From IMG/VR virus record IMGVR_UViG_3300046513_000221, positions 1 to 64,000 of that record: DNA of 64,000 bases; one strand, given 5' to 3'. The translations under genes and the position numbers were made by a program. Within the stretch, counting starts at the first letter, position 1. Each line of letters begins with the position of its first letter. The notes under the pieces were generated by a model. The model searched no databases and had not been told where the DNA came from. It saw only the letters and a list, made by a program, of their open reading frames with translations. Shown piece by piece: positions 9,372-17,595 of the stretch.

Positions 9372-10168
9372 ACGAAGCGGATCCTTTTGATGGAGGTGTT
9401 TGTGATGAGCTGCTCGTGCATATCTTCAACCTTGCGATCAGGCATCACGACGCTGAGGGTAGAGGTAAGATCTTTGATAATGAAGCTACCATTGACGAGT
9501 ACGTGGTTCAGAATGTGGTACATGCGCTCACCGGGTTCATCAATGTTGGCGCATGTGATGCTCATCCAACTATCGACATCTGCTCGCATGGCAAGTGCGA
9601 AACGATCAGGGTAGTTGAACGCCAGTTCGGCGACTTTGATGCGGTACTCCATCTCCTCTCGGTGTTCATTCATCAGACGATGGACGAACATGCCGCCGTG
9701 GTTGTAGGAGAGGGCTTTGCCCAGAGTCTGCCAGCGGTTAGGGTGGAAGACGAGCAGACGCTTGTTGCCGGGGTTCCTCTCCCAACCGTCACATCCCGCC
9801 AGCCACTCGGCGTTGTCCACATCGTGCTTCGGGTCGTTTAGCTGCCCGATCAGCGCCTCGCTGAAACGGTAGATCGAGTGGAAGTCGCGTTCCCGGATGT
9901 GCTGACCCAGTGCTTCTTTGTAGGAGGAACGGATCAGCCCTGCCGGGATCTTACCGCGAATGATCTCCGCATCGGGATTATCGATGGTACTGGGGATGAC
10001 GCGGGTCACCTCCGGTGCGTCCAGTGCAGCCACGGGGTTGCCAGGAACCGCACTGGACGGCTTACCGAACCCGGTTGGCACGAAGCCGTGGTTGACACCG
10101 TCGATGGCGCTTACGGTCACGTTGTTGTAAGCTTGTGCTTCACCGGGAAGACTTACCTTTTGATTCAT
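9368..10168 (-). CDS. hypothetical protein, tandem paralog family member 4, 266 aa
   Basis: WQTLGKA...ELAFNYPDRF...MYHIL. Confidence 0.7.
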   Translation of the reverse strand: MNQKVSLPGEAQAYNNVTVSAIDGVNHGFVPTGFGKPSSAVPGNPVAALDAPEVTRVIPSTIDNPDAEIIRGKIPAGLIRSSYKEALGQHIRERDFHSIYRFSEALIGQLNDPKHDVDNAEWLAGCDGWERNPGNKRLLVFHPNRWQTLGKALSYNHGGMFVHRLMNEHREEMEYRIKVAELAFNYPDRFALAMRADVDSWMSITCANIDEPGERMYHILNHVLVNGSFIIKDLTSTLSVVMPDRKVEDMHEQLITNTSIKRIRFV

Positions 10169-10247
10169 GTTGCTTTTCCTTTACCTTCGGTTTCTTTACG
10201 TTTCCCATCTGGCGGCAGTGATCGCACTTGTCAGAGCACTTCTTCAT
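10140..10247 (-). CDS. possible 35-aa Cys/Lys-rich microprotein
   Basis: MKKCSDKCDHCRQMGNVKKPKVKEKQHESKGKSSR; ATG overlaps the upstream TGA and fills the intergenic gap. Confidence 0.3.
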   Translation of the reverse strand: MKKCSDKCDHCRQMGNVKKPKVKEKQHESKGKSSR

Positions 10248-10759
10248 GCTTCGTCAGCACCTATGGATTTTGCGGTCGGGAACGGCCAGGCCGCGCACGA
10301 TGCGGCCTGAGCCTTGCGCTTCGCCACCTCGGAGACCTTGGTCATGTACAGCTTCACATCGCGGGAAGCCAAGAGCTTCAGCAAAATGAAGCAACACATG
10401 ACCTCAGTGTCCTCGATACCGTGAGGGATCACCATCGGCTTGGAGGTGTCCATATCCTCCAGATAGATGCCGTCGCCGAACTTGACGCCGGTGTGCATCT
10501 CGTTGCCAATCATGTAGACAACGTCGAAGCTCTTGGCAAAAACGCGATCGGACGCGGATCGCGCCATGTTGATCATCGCTTTCAGCCTATCGGTATCGTT
10601 CGATGCATCGAACCACGGAGTCAGCTTATCGCGGATGTCTTGCATGATATTTTCGCGACCATAGTGCAGCGTACCTGCCACCATTGTGGCGTTACCGGTC
10701 TTCCACTTGTAGGGAATGACTTCGCTGTCGGGCTTTTGATCGATTTCGGTAGTTTGCAT
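10244..10759 (-). CDS. hypothetical protein, 171 aa
   Basis: Start moved to MQTTEIDQ (AAGGAAG RBS). Confidence 0.65.
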   Translation of the reverse strand: MQTTEIDQKPDSEVIPYKWKTGNATMVAGTLHYGRENIMQDIRDKLTPWFDASNDTDRLKAMINMARSASDRVFAKSFDVVYMIGNEMHTGVKFGDGIYLEDMDTSKPMVIPHGIEDTEVMCCFILLKLLASRDVKLYMTKVSEVAKRKAQAASCAAWPFPTAKSIGADEA

Positions 10760-10787
10760 GGTACTTCCTTTCAATTCTGATTGGACT

Positions 10788-10994
10788 TCATTTCTTTTTC
10801 TTTTCCCACAGACCCGTCTGCTCGTTCTTCTCGTAGCCAGACTTAACGGCGGTCCATGCCGTCTTGAAGCAGACGCTCTCATCGAGTTTCCGATCGTGAG
10901 CGGCGTTGAAAGCATGCATGAAGATCTCTTGAGCATGCTCCGGCAGAACGTGCTGGACGTTCGCCGGTAGGTCGTCGATACTATTGTAGGGCAT
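10788..10994 (-). CDS. chaB: ChaB family protein, 68 aa
   Basis: MPYNSIDDLP..V...LPEHAQEIFMHAFNAA...A(W)TAVKSGYEK...W matches the ChaB pattern; AAGGAG RBS. Confidence 0.85.
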   Translation of the reverse strand: MPYNSIDDLPANVQHVLPEHAQEIFMHAFNAAHDRKLDESVCFKTAWTAVKSGYEKNEQTGLWEKKKK

Positions 10995-11007
10995 GATACT
11001 CTCCTTG

Positions 11008-11862
11008 TTATGGAGTGAAATCAAAGACCTTCGAAGCACAGTAGCGCAGTTCACGCACGAAGGCCGCTTCTGCCGCCGTTCTCACGGACGGTGATTCCAG
11101 GCGCAACTGATTGCAGATACGGGCCGTCTGCCGGAGACGTCCGTAGGCCCAGCGACTCACCACCGCCACCGAGTCGTAGTGGCCCTTCAAGGCACGGATG
11201 CAGTTCTTCCGTACGGCGTCATCCAAGGTAGGACTCTGACGATGGACGGAGTTGAGGTACTTCACCATGAACTGCTGGAGCTGTACCTCGTTCAAGCTGC
11301 TCTGCTCCGGAGTGGCCTGAATGATGATCGACTGCGCCAGAGCGGAGCCGAAGTCAACGTCCAGATCGTCGGGATGACTGATGTATGTGTCACCGCCGTC
11401 CTTGGCGAACAGCACCGCGTAGAAGATGTCCGGCAGGTCATCTTCCTTGGCGATCGGGAATGGAATAACCTTGACGGCCATGCTACGCAGGTGGTCGTTG
11501 AAGGTCTGGATGCCGGTGTAGACCTCCCGGTCGTTCTCGTCCATCCCGCGCATCATGTCAGCGAACTTGCTGATGAACTCCCGACGATACGCCGGAATGA
11601 TGGCGATCGAGGAGAAGCTGAAACCGCAGTCCTCGCGGATGAAGCTCACCAGATCTTCGAAGCTCGAACCCATCTCAGGGTTGGAGCTGTTGAAAGCCAG
11701 CACATCGCAGGACATCGCGAACGCCAGCAGCTGGTTGTATTGGATGATCTCCTGATCCGGAGTCGCCAGCACGAACGGATACGACGACGGCTGCACCCCC
11801 GGATGGAAGATGAAGCTCTCGCCGAAGGGTACCATGTAGTACTCTTGGTCTTTGTCAGACAT
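11008..11862 (-). CDS. hypothetical protein, 284 aa
   Basis: Start moved to MSDKDQEY (AGGAAAG RBS). Confidence 0.7.
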   Translation of the reverse strand: MSDKDQEYYMVPFGESFIFHPGVQPSSYPFVLATPDQEIIQYNQLLAFAMSCDVLAFNSSNPEMGSSFEDLVSFIREDCGFSFSSIAIIPAYRREFISKFADMMRGMDENDREVYTGIQTFNDHLRSMAVKVIPFPIAKEDDLPDIFYAVLFAKDGGDTYISHPDDLDVDFGSALAQSIIIQATPEQSSLNEVQLQQFMVKYLNSVHRQSPTLDDAVRKNCIRALKGHYDSVAVVSRWAYGRLRQTARICNQLRLESPSVRTAAEAAFVRELRYCASKVFDFTP

Positions 11863-12196
11863 GATTTTCTTTCCTGATTGGAGAATGCTTACGCGGAGGC
11901 ATCCAGATGCCCTTGCGGAGAGGACGGTCCTTGTAGCAGTAAATGCGCTTCTCCGTGCGGAAGAAGACGAGGATGCCGCCATCGAACGCATTGTACTTGA
12001 CGTAGCGAGCGCGCTTGCGCGGGTTGTCGCCGCTGTCACCGGCTGGGCCGATACTGCCGACGCCGGGAATGTCGTTGAGACGAGCAATTTCCTTCATGGA
12101 TAGACCGAACTGGCGCATGATGCAACGACCACCGATGAAGCCCTTGCGCTTGCTCTTGAACTTCAGGTAGTTATAGATGCGACGGTTAGCTGACAT
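11855..12196 (-). CDS. basic hypothetical protein, 113 aa
   Basis: Overlaps both neighbours in operon fashion; Arg/Lys rich. Confidence 0.6.
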   Translation of the reverse strand: MSANRRIYNYLKFKSKRKGFIGGRCIMRQFGLSMKEIARLNDIPGVGSIGPAGDSGDNPRKRARYVKYNAFDGGILVFFRTEKRIYCYKDRPLRKGIWMPPRKHSPIRKENHV

Positions 12197-12518
12197 GCTT
12201 GCGGTCTCCCAGCTGTTGGATCATACAACCAAGTCGTCCGAGATCGCACAGGCGACGGTAGACGTACTCCTTGAAGGCAGTGATGCCGAGGTCGGTGATG
12301 CGCCAGTGAGGGATCACCATGCCACTGAACTCTGCATGGTCGAACTCGCCTTCCACGATGAACTTGTTGTCGATCAGACGATAGATCTCGATCGGCGTAC
12401 CGCTCACATCCCGCGTCGGGTTATGAGTCTGGTGCGTGGAGCCAATGTCGCTGACGATCTGCTCCATCACCACGAAATCGGCATCGGTCAGCTTGACGCT
12501 GCGGTCGGTGTTAGCCAT
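12186..12518 (-). CDS. hypothetical protein, 110 aa
   Basis: ORF in array. Confidence 0.65.
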   Translation of the reverse strand: MANTDRSVKLTDADFVVMEQIVSDIGSTHQTHNPTRDVSGTPIEIYRLIDNKFIVEGEFDHAEFSGMVIPHWRITDLGITAFKEYVYRRLCDLGRLGCMIQQLGDRKHVS

Positions 12519-12531
12519 GATACTCTTTCTT

Positions 12532-13389
12532 TTAATCGTTCGAAGTTTCCTTACCGATTTCGCTGTCTTTACCCTGACGGAGCGAAGCCTCGGCGATCAC
12601 CAGCACGGCCTTCAGCTCATCCAGCGTATACTCGCCGTCGAGCCATACGCGACCGCCCTTGCCGGGGCTGACGTACGGCAGACCGGACTTGCAGATGGAG
12701 CCACCGCCGTTGGAGCGCTCGCGGAACTCCTCCTTGGCCTGAGACAGCGACATCGACTTGCCGAGGCAGAAGGTGTGCTCGGTGTCCATGTTGAAGCCCG
12801 GTTGACCGATGCCGGTCAGCATTGGGATGCCCACGAAGTCGCCCGGCTGAGGGATGTTCATGTCCTTGAACACATCATCCCACGTACCGCCCTGAAATTT
12901 GAGAGGCGGATGCTTGTAGGCTTGACCGGGATCGGTTGCCAGTTTGTCAACGATGGGAGTACCGGCGAAGTCTGCCGGGTCGAAGTCCAGCAGCTTGATC
13001 TTGTGAGGGTACATGAAGTTGATGCTCAGGTCGCCGACCGGCGAAGCCTGACTGTCCGGCACGATCTCGAAGCCGTTCTCGCGCTCCATGCGATCGAAGA
13101 TGTGGCGTGCATCCGGTTCATTCTCCGCGTGGCAGAAGAGATCGGTGTACTGACTACGGGTCACCTTGTGCGGACGGCGCTCGATCTGCTCGGTGGAGAT
13201 GACCACTTCGAGATCCTTGTTAACGCGGCTTTCGCTGATGCTCTTCTGGAGAGCACCTTGGATGTCCTGCGGACGGATGTGGGTGGTGTAACCCTTACCT
13301 TTGAGAAGGATGTCGATGACGTGCGCTACTTGCTGACGATTCGAACCTTCGCCGGAGGTCACATGGACGTGTACTTTTTCTTTTTGCAT
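12532..13389 (-). CDS. hypothetical protein, 285 aa
   Basis: Start moved to MQKEKVHV (AAGGGG RBS). Confidence 0.65.
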   Translation of the reverse strand: MQKEKVHVHVTSGEGSNRQQVAHVIDILLKGKGYTTHIRPQDIQGALQKSISESRVNKDLEVVISTEQIERRPHKVTRSQYTDLFCHAENEPDARHIFDRMERENGFEIVPDSQASPVGDLSINFMYPHKIKLLDFDPADFAGTPIVDKLATDPGQAYKHPPLKFQGGTWDDVFKDMNIPQPGDFVGIPMLTGIGQPGFNMDTEHTFCLGKSMSLSQAKEEFRERSNGGGSICKSGLPYVSPGKGGRVWLDGEYTLDELKAVLVIAEASLRQGKDSEIGKETSND

Positions 13390-13401
13390 TTCGATCCCCT
13401 T

Positions 13402-13433
13402 AAAAAAAGTTGGACGGGCGAACCCGCCCAACT
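13402..13433 (-). terminator. intrinsic terminator (UUCG loop)
   Basis: Minus strand AGTTGGGCGGG-TTCG-CCCGTCCAACT followed by TTTTTT, directly after the mini-pilin stop. Confidence 0.8.
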
Positions 13434-13437
13434 GGTA

Positions 13438-13575
13438 TTACATGAAGCTGGTGATCAGGTTCTTGATCATCGGCCAGAATTTTTCAACCGCGATGGTGCC
13501 GACGATGCCAATGATGGCGAGGACGACGAGCAGTTCGATCAGCGTGAAGCCGTCGTTATTAGGACGCTGCAGCAT
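13438..13575 (-). CDS. 45-aa type IV pilin-like microprotein (class III signal peptide plus alpha1 helix only)
   Basis: MLQRPNNDG|FTLIELLVVLAIIGIVGTIAVEKFWPMIKNLITSFM; G-1/F+1/E+5/G+14 pilin signature; AAGGAGG RBS; terminator downstream. Absent from the ORF track. Confidence 0.85.
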   Translation of the reverse strand: MLQRPNNDGFTLIELLVVLAIIGIVGTIAVEKFWPMIKNLITSFM

Positions 13576-14083
13576 CGGAAGCCTCCTTCTTGTTGCTCTC
13601 GACGATCACGGTGGTGATGTTGTAGCCGAAAGCAGCCAGTGGTTGCAGGAACAGACGGAAGCCAGCCTCGTTGCGCTGAGGATTATCGTCCAGGAACTCG
13701 ACTTCAATCGATTCCAGACCGAGCGCGGCAACCAGCTTGTCGGTTTCAGCCTTCAGACCGAAAATGGAAATCCATGCCTTGAAGGAGTCGATTCCGGTCG
13801 AGTGCTGACCGATCTCTTCCATGCTTCCCGGACGGGTGGTTTGCTCGTTGTGCAGGATGTCGCCGATCGCCTTAATCGCATCGGTGACATCCTTGGAGAT
13901 TTCCTTCTCCGATACCACGCCGGACGTGACCAGCTTGTGGATACCGTACCACAGCATCGAGGTCAGGTACGAGTGTACCTTGTACACGGAGTCCGAGACC
14001 GGTACCTCGCGGTCGAAGATGGAAGTCAGAGCGAAATGCTCCGGGGTGCCCAGACGGATCTGGAGCTTTTGAATCAGAGTCAT
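13559..14083 (-). CDS. hypothetical protein, 174 aa
   Basis: ORF with AAGGAAAC RBS; stop overlaps the pilin gene start. Confidence 0.65.
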   Translation of the reverse strand: MTLIQKLQIRLGTPEHFALTSIFDREVPVSDSVYKVHSYLTSMLWYGIHKLVTSGVVSEKEISKDVTDAIKAIGDILHNEQTTRPGSMEEIGQHSTGIDSFKAWISIFGLKAETDKLVAALGLESIEVEFLDDNPQRNEAGFRLFLQPLAAFGYNITTVIVESNKKEASDAAAS

Positions 14084-14110
14084 GCGTGTTTCCTTGGCGA
14101 ATTGATAATA

Positions 14111-14134
14111 CCCTAGACCTGCAAAGGTCTAGGG
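14111..14134. terminator. terminator-like hairpin
   Basis: CCCTAGACC-tgcaaa-GGTCTAGGG after the SPFH stop. Confidence 0.6.
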
Positions 14135-14144
14135 CGATTTACTT

Positions 14145-15557
14145 TTAGGCAGCTGCCTTGTCGGTGTTGCCACCGATGCGGGACATGACGTTGTCCAGCA
14201 GAGCCTTGCCTTCGGTGGTGCCGCCCAGAGCGGTGACCATGCTGCCGATGGCGCTACCGCCCTTACCGGAGAACATGTCCATCAGGTTGTTGACACCGCC
14301 CTTGATGTCGCCGCCGTTCGCCACGACGGTCATCTTGGCATGGCCCATTGCAGCAGCCATTGCGATGCCAACTTCCTTGTTTGCCGCGACCTGCTCGATG
14401 CTGATCAGGTAGGTCTGGTAGCCCTCGTCGGAGCCGATCTTCTCGGCCAGCGCGATCTGCGCTTCGACAGGAGCCATCAGCGACGCTTTCTGAGCAGCCG
14501 CTTCGGCGGTACCCTTGGCAGTGATACCTTCAGCGTTCTTCAGTGTTGCCTGCAGTTCACCGTCGGCGCGCAGGGTGGCGGCTTCTTTCTCAGCCGTCGC
14601 ATTGGTAACGCGAACCGACTTCTCGGCTTCGGCGTTCACGGTGGCGACTTCCTTGTTTTGAGCTGCCACGATCACTGCGGTCGCCTTGTTGATCTCGGCC
14701 TTCTTGACGGCGTTGACCGACTCGACGGCCATGTTGGCTTCGGCGGTGTTCTTGGCTTCAGCTGCGATACGCTGTTCGGCTTTTTGCTGCTCGATACCGA
14801 TGTCCTGCTGGGTGGTAGCGGAGCGCATACCGACCTCGCGATCCATGTCCTGCTTCGACAGGGCGATGGCGCGGGACTTCTCGATCTCAGCGGTCTCAGC
14901 GGTCTGCTGATTGGCGGCGATGGCTACGCGGGACTCGCGGTCGATGCGCGACTGTTCCTTGCGCATGATGTTGGCGATCACGTTCGAGCCGGGAGCATCG
15001 CGCAGATCCATGAACTCGATGGTCTTCACGGTGGTTACGCCCCACTCCTTCAGCTGCGCCAGTACCTCTTCGGTGAACTGCGAACCCAGCGACGAACGGG
15101 CTTCCATGATCTCTTCCAGAGTGTTGGTCGCCAGAATGCGACGAACAGCACCTTGGATGATCTGCTTCAGTTGGCTGCGCAAATCTTCAACGGAGGTCAC
15201 GCGCTGCGCAGCCAAGTTCGACTGATCGATACGGAAGAAAGCCGCGACGTCAACAACGAACGGCAGACGAGCGGAGTCGTACGCCTCGTAGTCTTTCAGA
15301 TCGATGGTGAAGTTCGATTCCGGCAGCTTGATCACGGTCAGGCCGACGACAGGGATCCAGCTCGGCCACGCGTAGTAGACGTTACCGGAGTCCTTGCTGT
15401 TGCGACCGTACGAGGTCGCGCCCAACTTGTTCTGGACAATGTGGACCATGTTGGTCGGTACGACGACGCGCAGGTTCAGCGCCCACTTGACGGTGAACAG
15501 CGCGATGATTGCCAGAATGATGACTGCGACCAAAATTACGATACCCAGAATTTCCAT
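14145..15557 (-). CDS. SPFH/band-7 flotillin-like membrane protein, 470 aa
   Basis: N-terminal TM, SPFH core (VVDVAAFFRI...AVRRILAT..LEEI...F..EV..QLKEWGV), Ala/Glu-rich flotillin coiled coil. Confidence 0.85.
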   Translation of the reverse strand: MEILGIVILVAVIILAIIALFTVKWALNLRVVVPTNMVHIVQNKLGATSYGRNSKDSGNVYYAWPSWIPVVGLTVIKLPESNFTIDLKDYEAYDSARLPFVVDVAAFFRIDQSNLAAQRVTSVEDLRSQLKQIIQGAVRRILATNTLEEIMEARSSLGSQFTEEVLAQLKEWGVTTVKTIEFMDLRDAPGSNVIANIMRKEQSRIDRESRVAIAANQQTAETAEIEKSRAIALSKQDMDREVGMRSATTQQDIGIEQQKAEQRIAAEAKNTAEANMAVESVNAVKKAEINKATAVIVAAQNKEVATVNAEAEKSVRVTNATAEKEAATLRADGELQATLKNAEGITAKGTAEAAAQKASLMAPVEAQIALAEKIGSDEGYQTYLISIEQVAANKEVGIAMAAAMGHAKMTVVANGGDIKGGVNNLMDMFSGKGGSAIGSMVTALGGTTEGKALLDNVMSRIGGNTDKAAA

Positions 15558-15685
15558 TTTGTTTCTTTCTACTTTTGTCCTTGATTTATGGGATATTCGA
15601 AGGGAAGCCCGTCAGGGTTGTTTCCACTCCGATGACCTGCCCTGCAGGTCTACACCGCCCTCTGTGGAGCGGACCATGTTCTGTC

Positions 15686-16012
15686 TTACATCGACTTCAG
15701 AATCTGCAAGGACATCGCCTGTGGATTCTTCTTCGTCATGATCTCGATCGCCGTCTTCTTGACGCCGATCCATGCCGTCGCGGACAGCATGCTTGGGTAA
15801 TCCGCCAGCTTGCTCGCCCAGCGCAGTCCGGTACCCTCGGTACGGGCCTTGGCCTCGACGATGATCTCGTCGATTTCATTGGGGAAGATTGCGCAGTTGT
15901 ACAGGCGCACGCGCATGTTGGACTCCACGGTCTCCGGAGCCTTGAGGTCCGGCAGTTGGATGCCCGGATCTGCGGTCAGGTCGGCGTTACTCTTCGGGTA
16001 CTGCAGTGCCAT
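15686..16012 (-). CDS. hypothetical protein, 108 aa
   Basis: TAATG overlap with the upstream gene. Confidence 0.65.
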   Translation of the reverse strand: MALQYPKSNADLTADPGIQLPDLKAPETVESNMRVRLYNCAIFPNEIDEIIVEAKARTEGTGLRWASKLADYPSMLSATAWIGVKKTAIEIMTKKNPQAMSLQILKSM

Positions 16013-16296
16013 TACGGGATTTCCTTCGCCATCAGTTGTTGCTTGATAATTCCGCTCATATCTTCTTGCAGAATGCCGTCGAGCTTGTAGTTGGCATTCT
16101 CCGGAGTGGACTTCGAGAGGCGGCGATAAGTGTCCATCATGTCATTCCCCAACTTCAGCACCTCGTCGCTAGGCATCTCGATCGGGATCGGCTGCGGCAT
16201 GTTGAGCTTGCCGGAGACGGTCGATGAAGGTACATCGCGAGGATTGACTCGTACAGTACGGGTGTTGATCCAAACGGTTTTTTCTTGATTACTCAT
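16012..16296 (-). CDS. hypothetical protein, 94 aa
   Basis: AAGGAAG RBS; first gene after the 16390 promoter motif. Confidence 0.65.
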   Translation of the reverse strand: MSNQEKTVWINTRTVRVNPRDVPSSTVSGKLNMPQPIPIEMPSDEVLKLGNDMMDTYRRLSKSTPENANYKLDGILQEDMSGIIKQQLMAKEIP

Positions 16297-16389
16297 CTTA
16301 CTTCCTTACTCGTTGTGAAAAGCACGGGCGCTAACCCGCTCCCAGCCCAACTCCGCTGGCCTAAGTCTTTGACTCTCAGCCTCGTTTTA

Positions 16390-16398
16390 ATTATATAT
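16390..16398 (-). promoter_or_regulatory. putative early promoter ATATATAAT
   Basis: Copy of the recurrent intergenic motif. Confidence 0.55.
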
Positions 16399-16422
16399 GA
16401 CACAACGCTCAGAAGATTCCGT

Positions 16423-16779
16423 TCAGTGGAATCTCGTGTAGGGCGTCCTTACGTGCTCCGACAGGAAGTACGGCTTATGGGTCAGCTGACCGATAAGGCA
16501 ATTCTCCATGATCTTGTAGGGACGAACGTTCGGGTCGTACATGAAGACGTTGTTCATCTTCGAGTCGATCCGACCGTCGTTCTTCATCAGGAAGAAGCGT
16601 CCGGGATTGTTGACCAGCTGCTCGATGTTCGTCATGAGACCCTTGATGTAGGGCTCACCGATCTTCTTGACGAACATCTCCGGCTTGGGTAGCGCACGCG
16701 GCCCCGGATAGGTCGAGTACGCCAGCATCCGGGTCAGCTCCGTCAGGATATCATCCTTGAACTTGAATGCACCGCTCAA
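16423..16779 (-). CDS. hypothetical protein, ~118 aa
   Basis: Probable TTG start after AAGGAGA. Confidence 0.55.
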   Translation of the reverse strand: MSGAFKFKDDILTELTRMLAYSTYPGPRALPKPEMFVKKIGEPYIKGLMTNIEQLVNNPGRFFLMKNDGRIDSKMNNVFMYDPNVRPYKIMENCLIGQLTHKPYFLSEHVRTPYTRFH

Positions 16780-16790
16780 GATCTTCTCCT

Positions 16791-17540
16791 TTATGGCGGG
16801 GTGGAACGATAGAACGGTACGCAGAAGGTCGCATCGCGACTGTTGGCACCACGACTCATGATCTTGGCTTCCTTCTCGGACATCCAAACATCCGGCTCAC
16901 GTCCGGCACCTTCCTTATACCACAGTGCCAGCCAGAAGTTACCTTCCGGCGTCTTGGTCACGGCGAAACCGGCGATAGGGACGTCGTCCTCATCGAAGAT
17001 CATCGAGTAGTTGATCGTCGCACTGGCACCGGTAGGATCGGCGGTCAGGACGCTGGTCCATTCCGTCTCGAAGAGTAGAAGGAAGTCCTCGCCGTGGCGT
17101 ACGGCCACCTTCTCCTCGTCGCTGTTGTACTTGTAGAGGACTGACTTGTTCGCCATCGCCCACGTTTCCTTGCCAACGGTGTTCTCAACCGTGTTCTTGC
17201 GATCGGCGTACTTGGGATCTTTCATCATCGCGCCGAGCCAAGCCTGAAGGTTCTCTTCGGTCGCACGCTCACCCTCGTGGTGATCGATGATGTAGTTGGG
17301 CAGATCCTCCCACGCGGCACCGCCGAAGCTGCGCAGGACGCTCTCGGCACGTTGAGCGCGACGCGCCCACTTGTGACGATTCTCCACCAAGCAGGGGATG
17401 CACTCCTTCATCACGCCGACCATCAGCATGGATTCCGGCTTACCGGCGTCGGGGTGAGGGTTGTCGGACATCAGATATCCGCACTTAGGGCAGTGGCCCG
17501 GTTCGACGAATACGCCATTCTCTTTATTTACAGCCTGCAT
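16791..17540 (-). CDS. hypothetical protein with N-terminal CxxC...CxxC zinc finger, 249 aa
   Basis: CPKC and CIPC pairs; GGGAG RBS before MQAVNK. Confidence 0.65.
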   Translation of the reverse strand: MQAVNKENGVFVEPGHCPKCGYLMSDNPHPDAGKPESMLMVGVMKECIPCLVENRHKWARRAQRAESVLRSFGGAAWEDLPNYIIDHHEGERATEENLQAWLGAMMKDPKYADRKNTVENTVGKETWAMANKSVLYKYNSDEEKVAVRHGEDFLLLFETEWTSVLTADPTGASATINYSMIFDEDDVPIAGFAVTKTPEGNFWLALWYKEGAGREPDVWMSEKEAKIMSRGANSRDATFCVPFYRSTPP

Positions 17541-17561
17541 GGTTGCTCCCAAAGTTGAAAA

Positions 17562-17583
17562 GACCCTAGCCGGAGCTAGGGTC
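17562..17583. terminator. terminator-like hairpin
   Basis: GACCCTAGC-cgga-GCTAGGGTC. Confidence 0.6.
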
Positions 17584-17595
17584 GATTGGTGTTAC

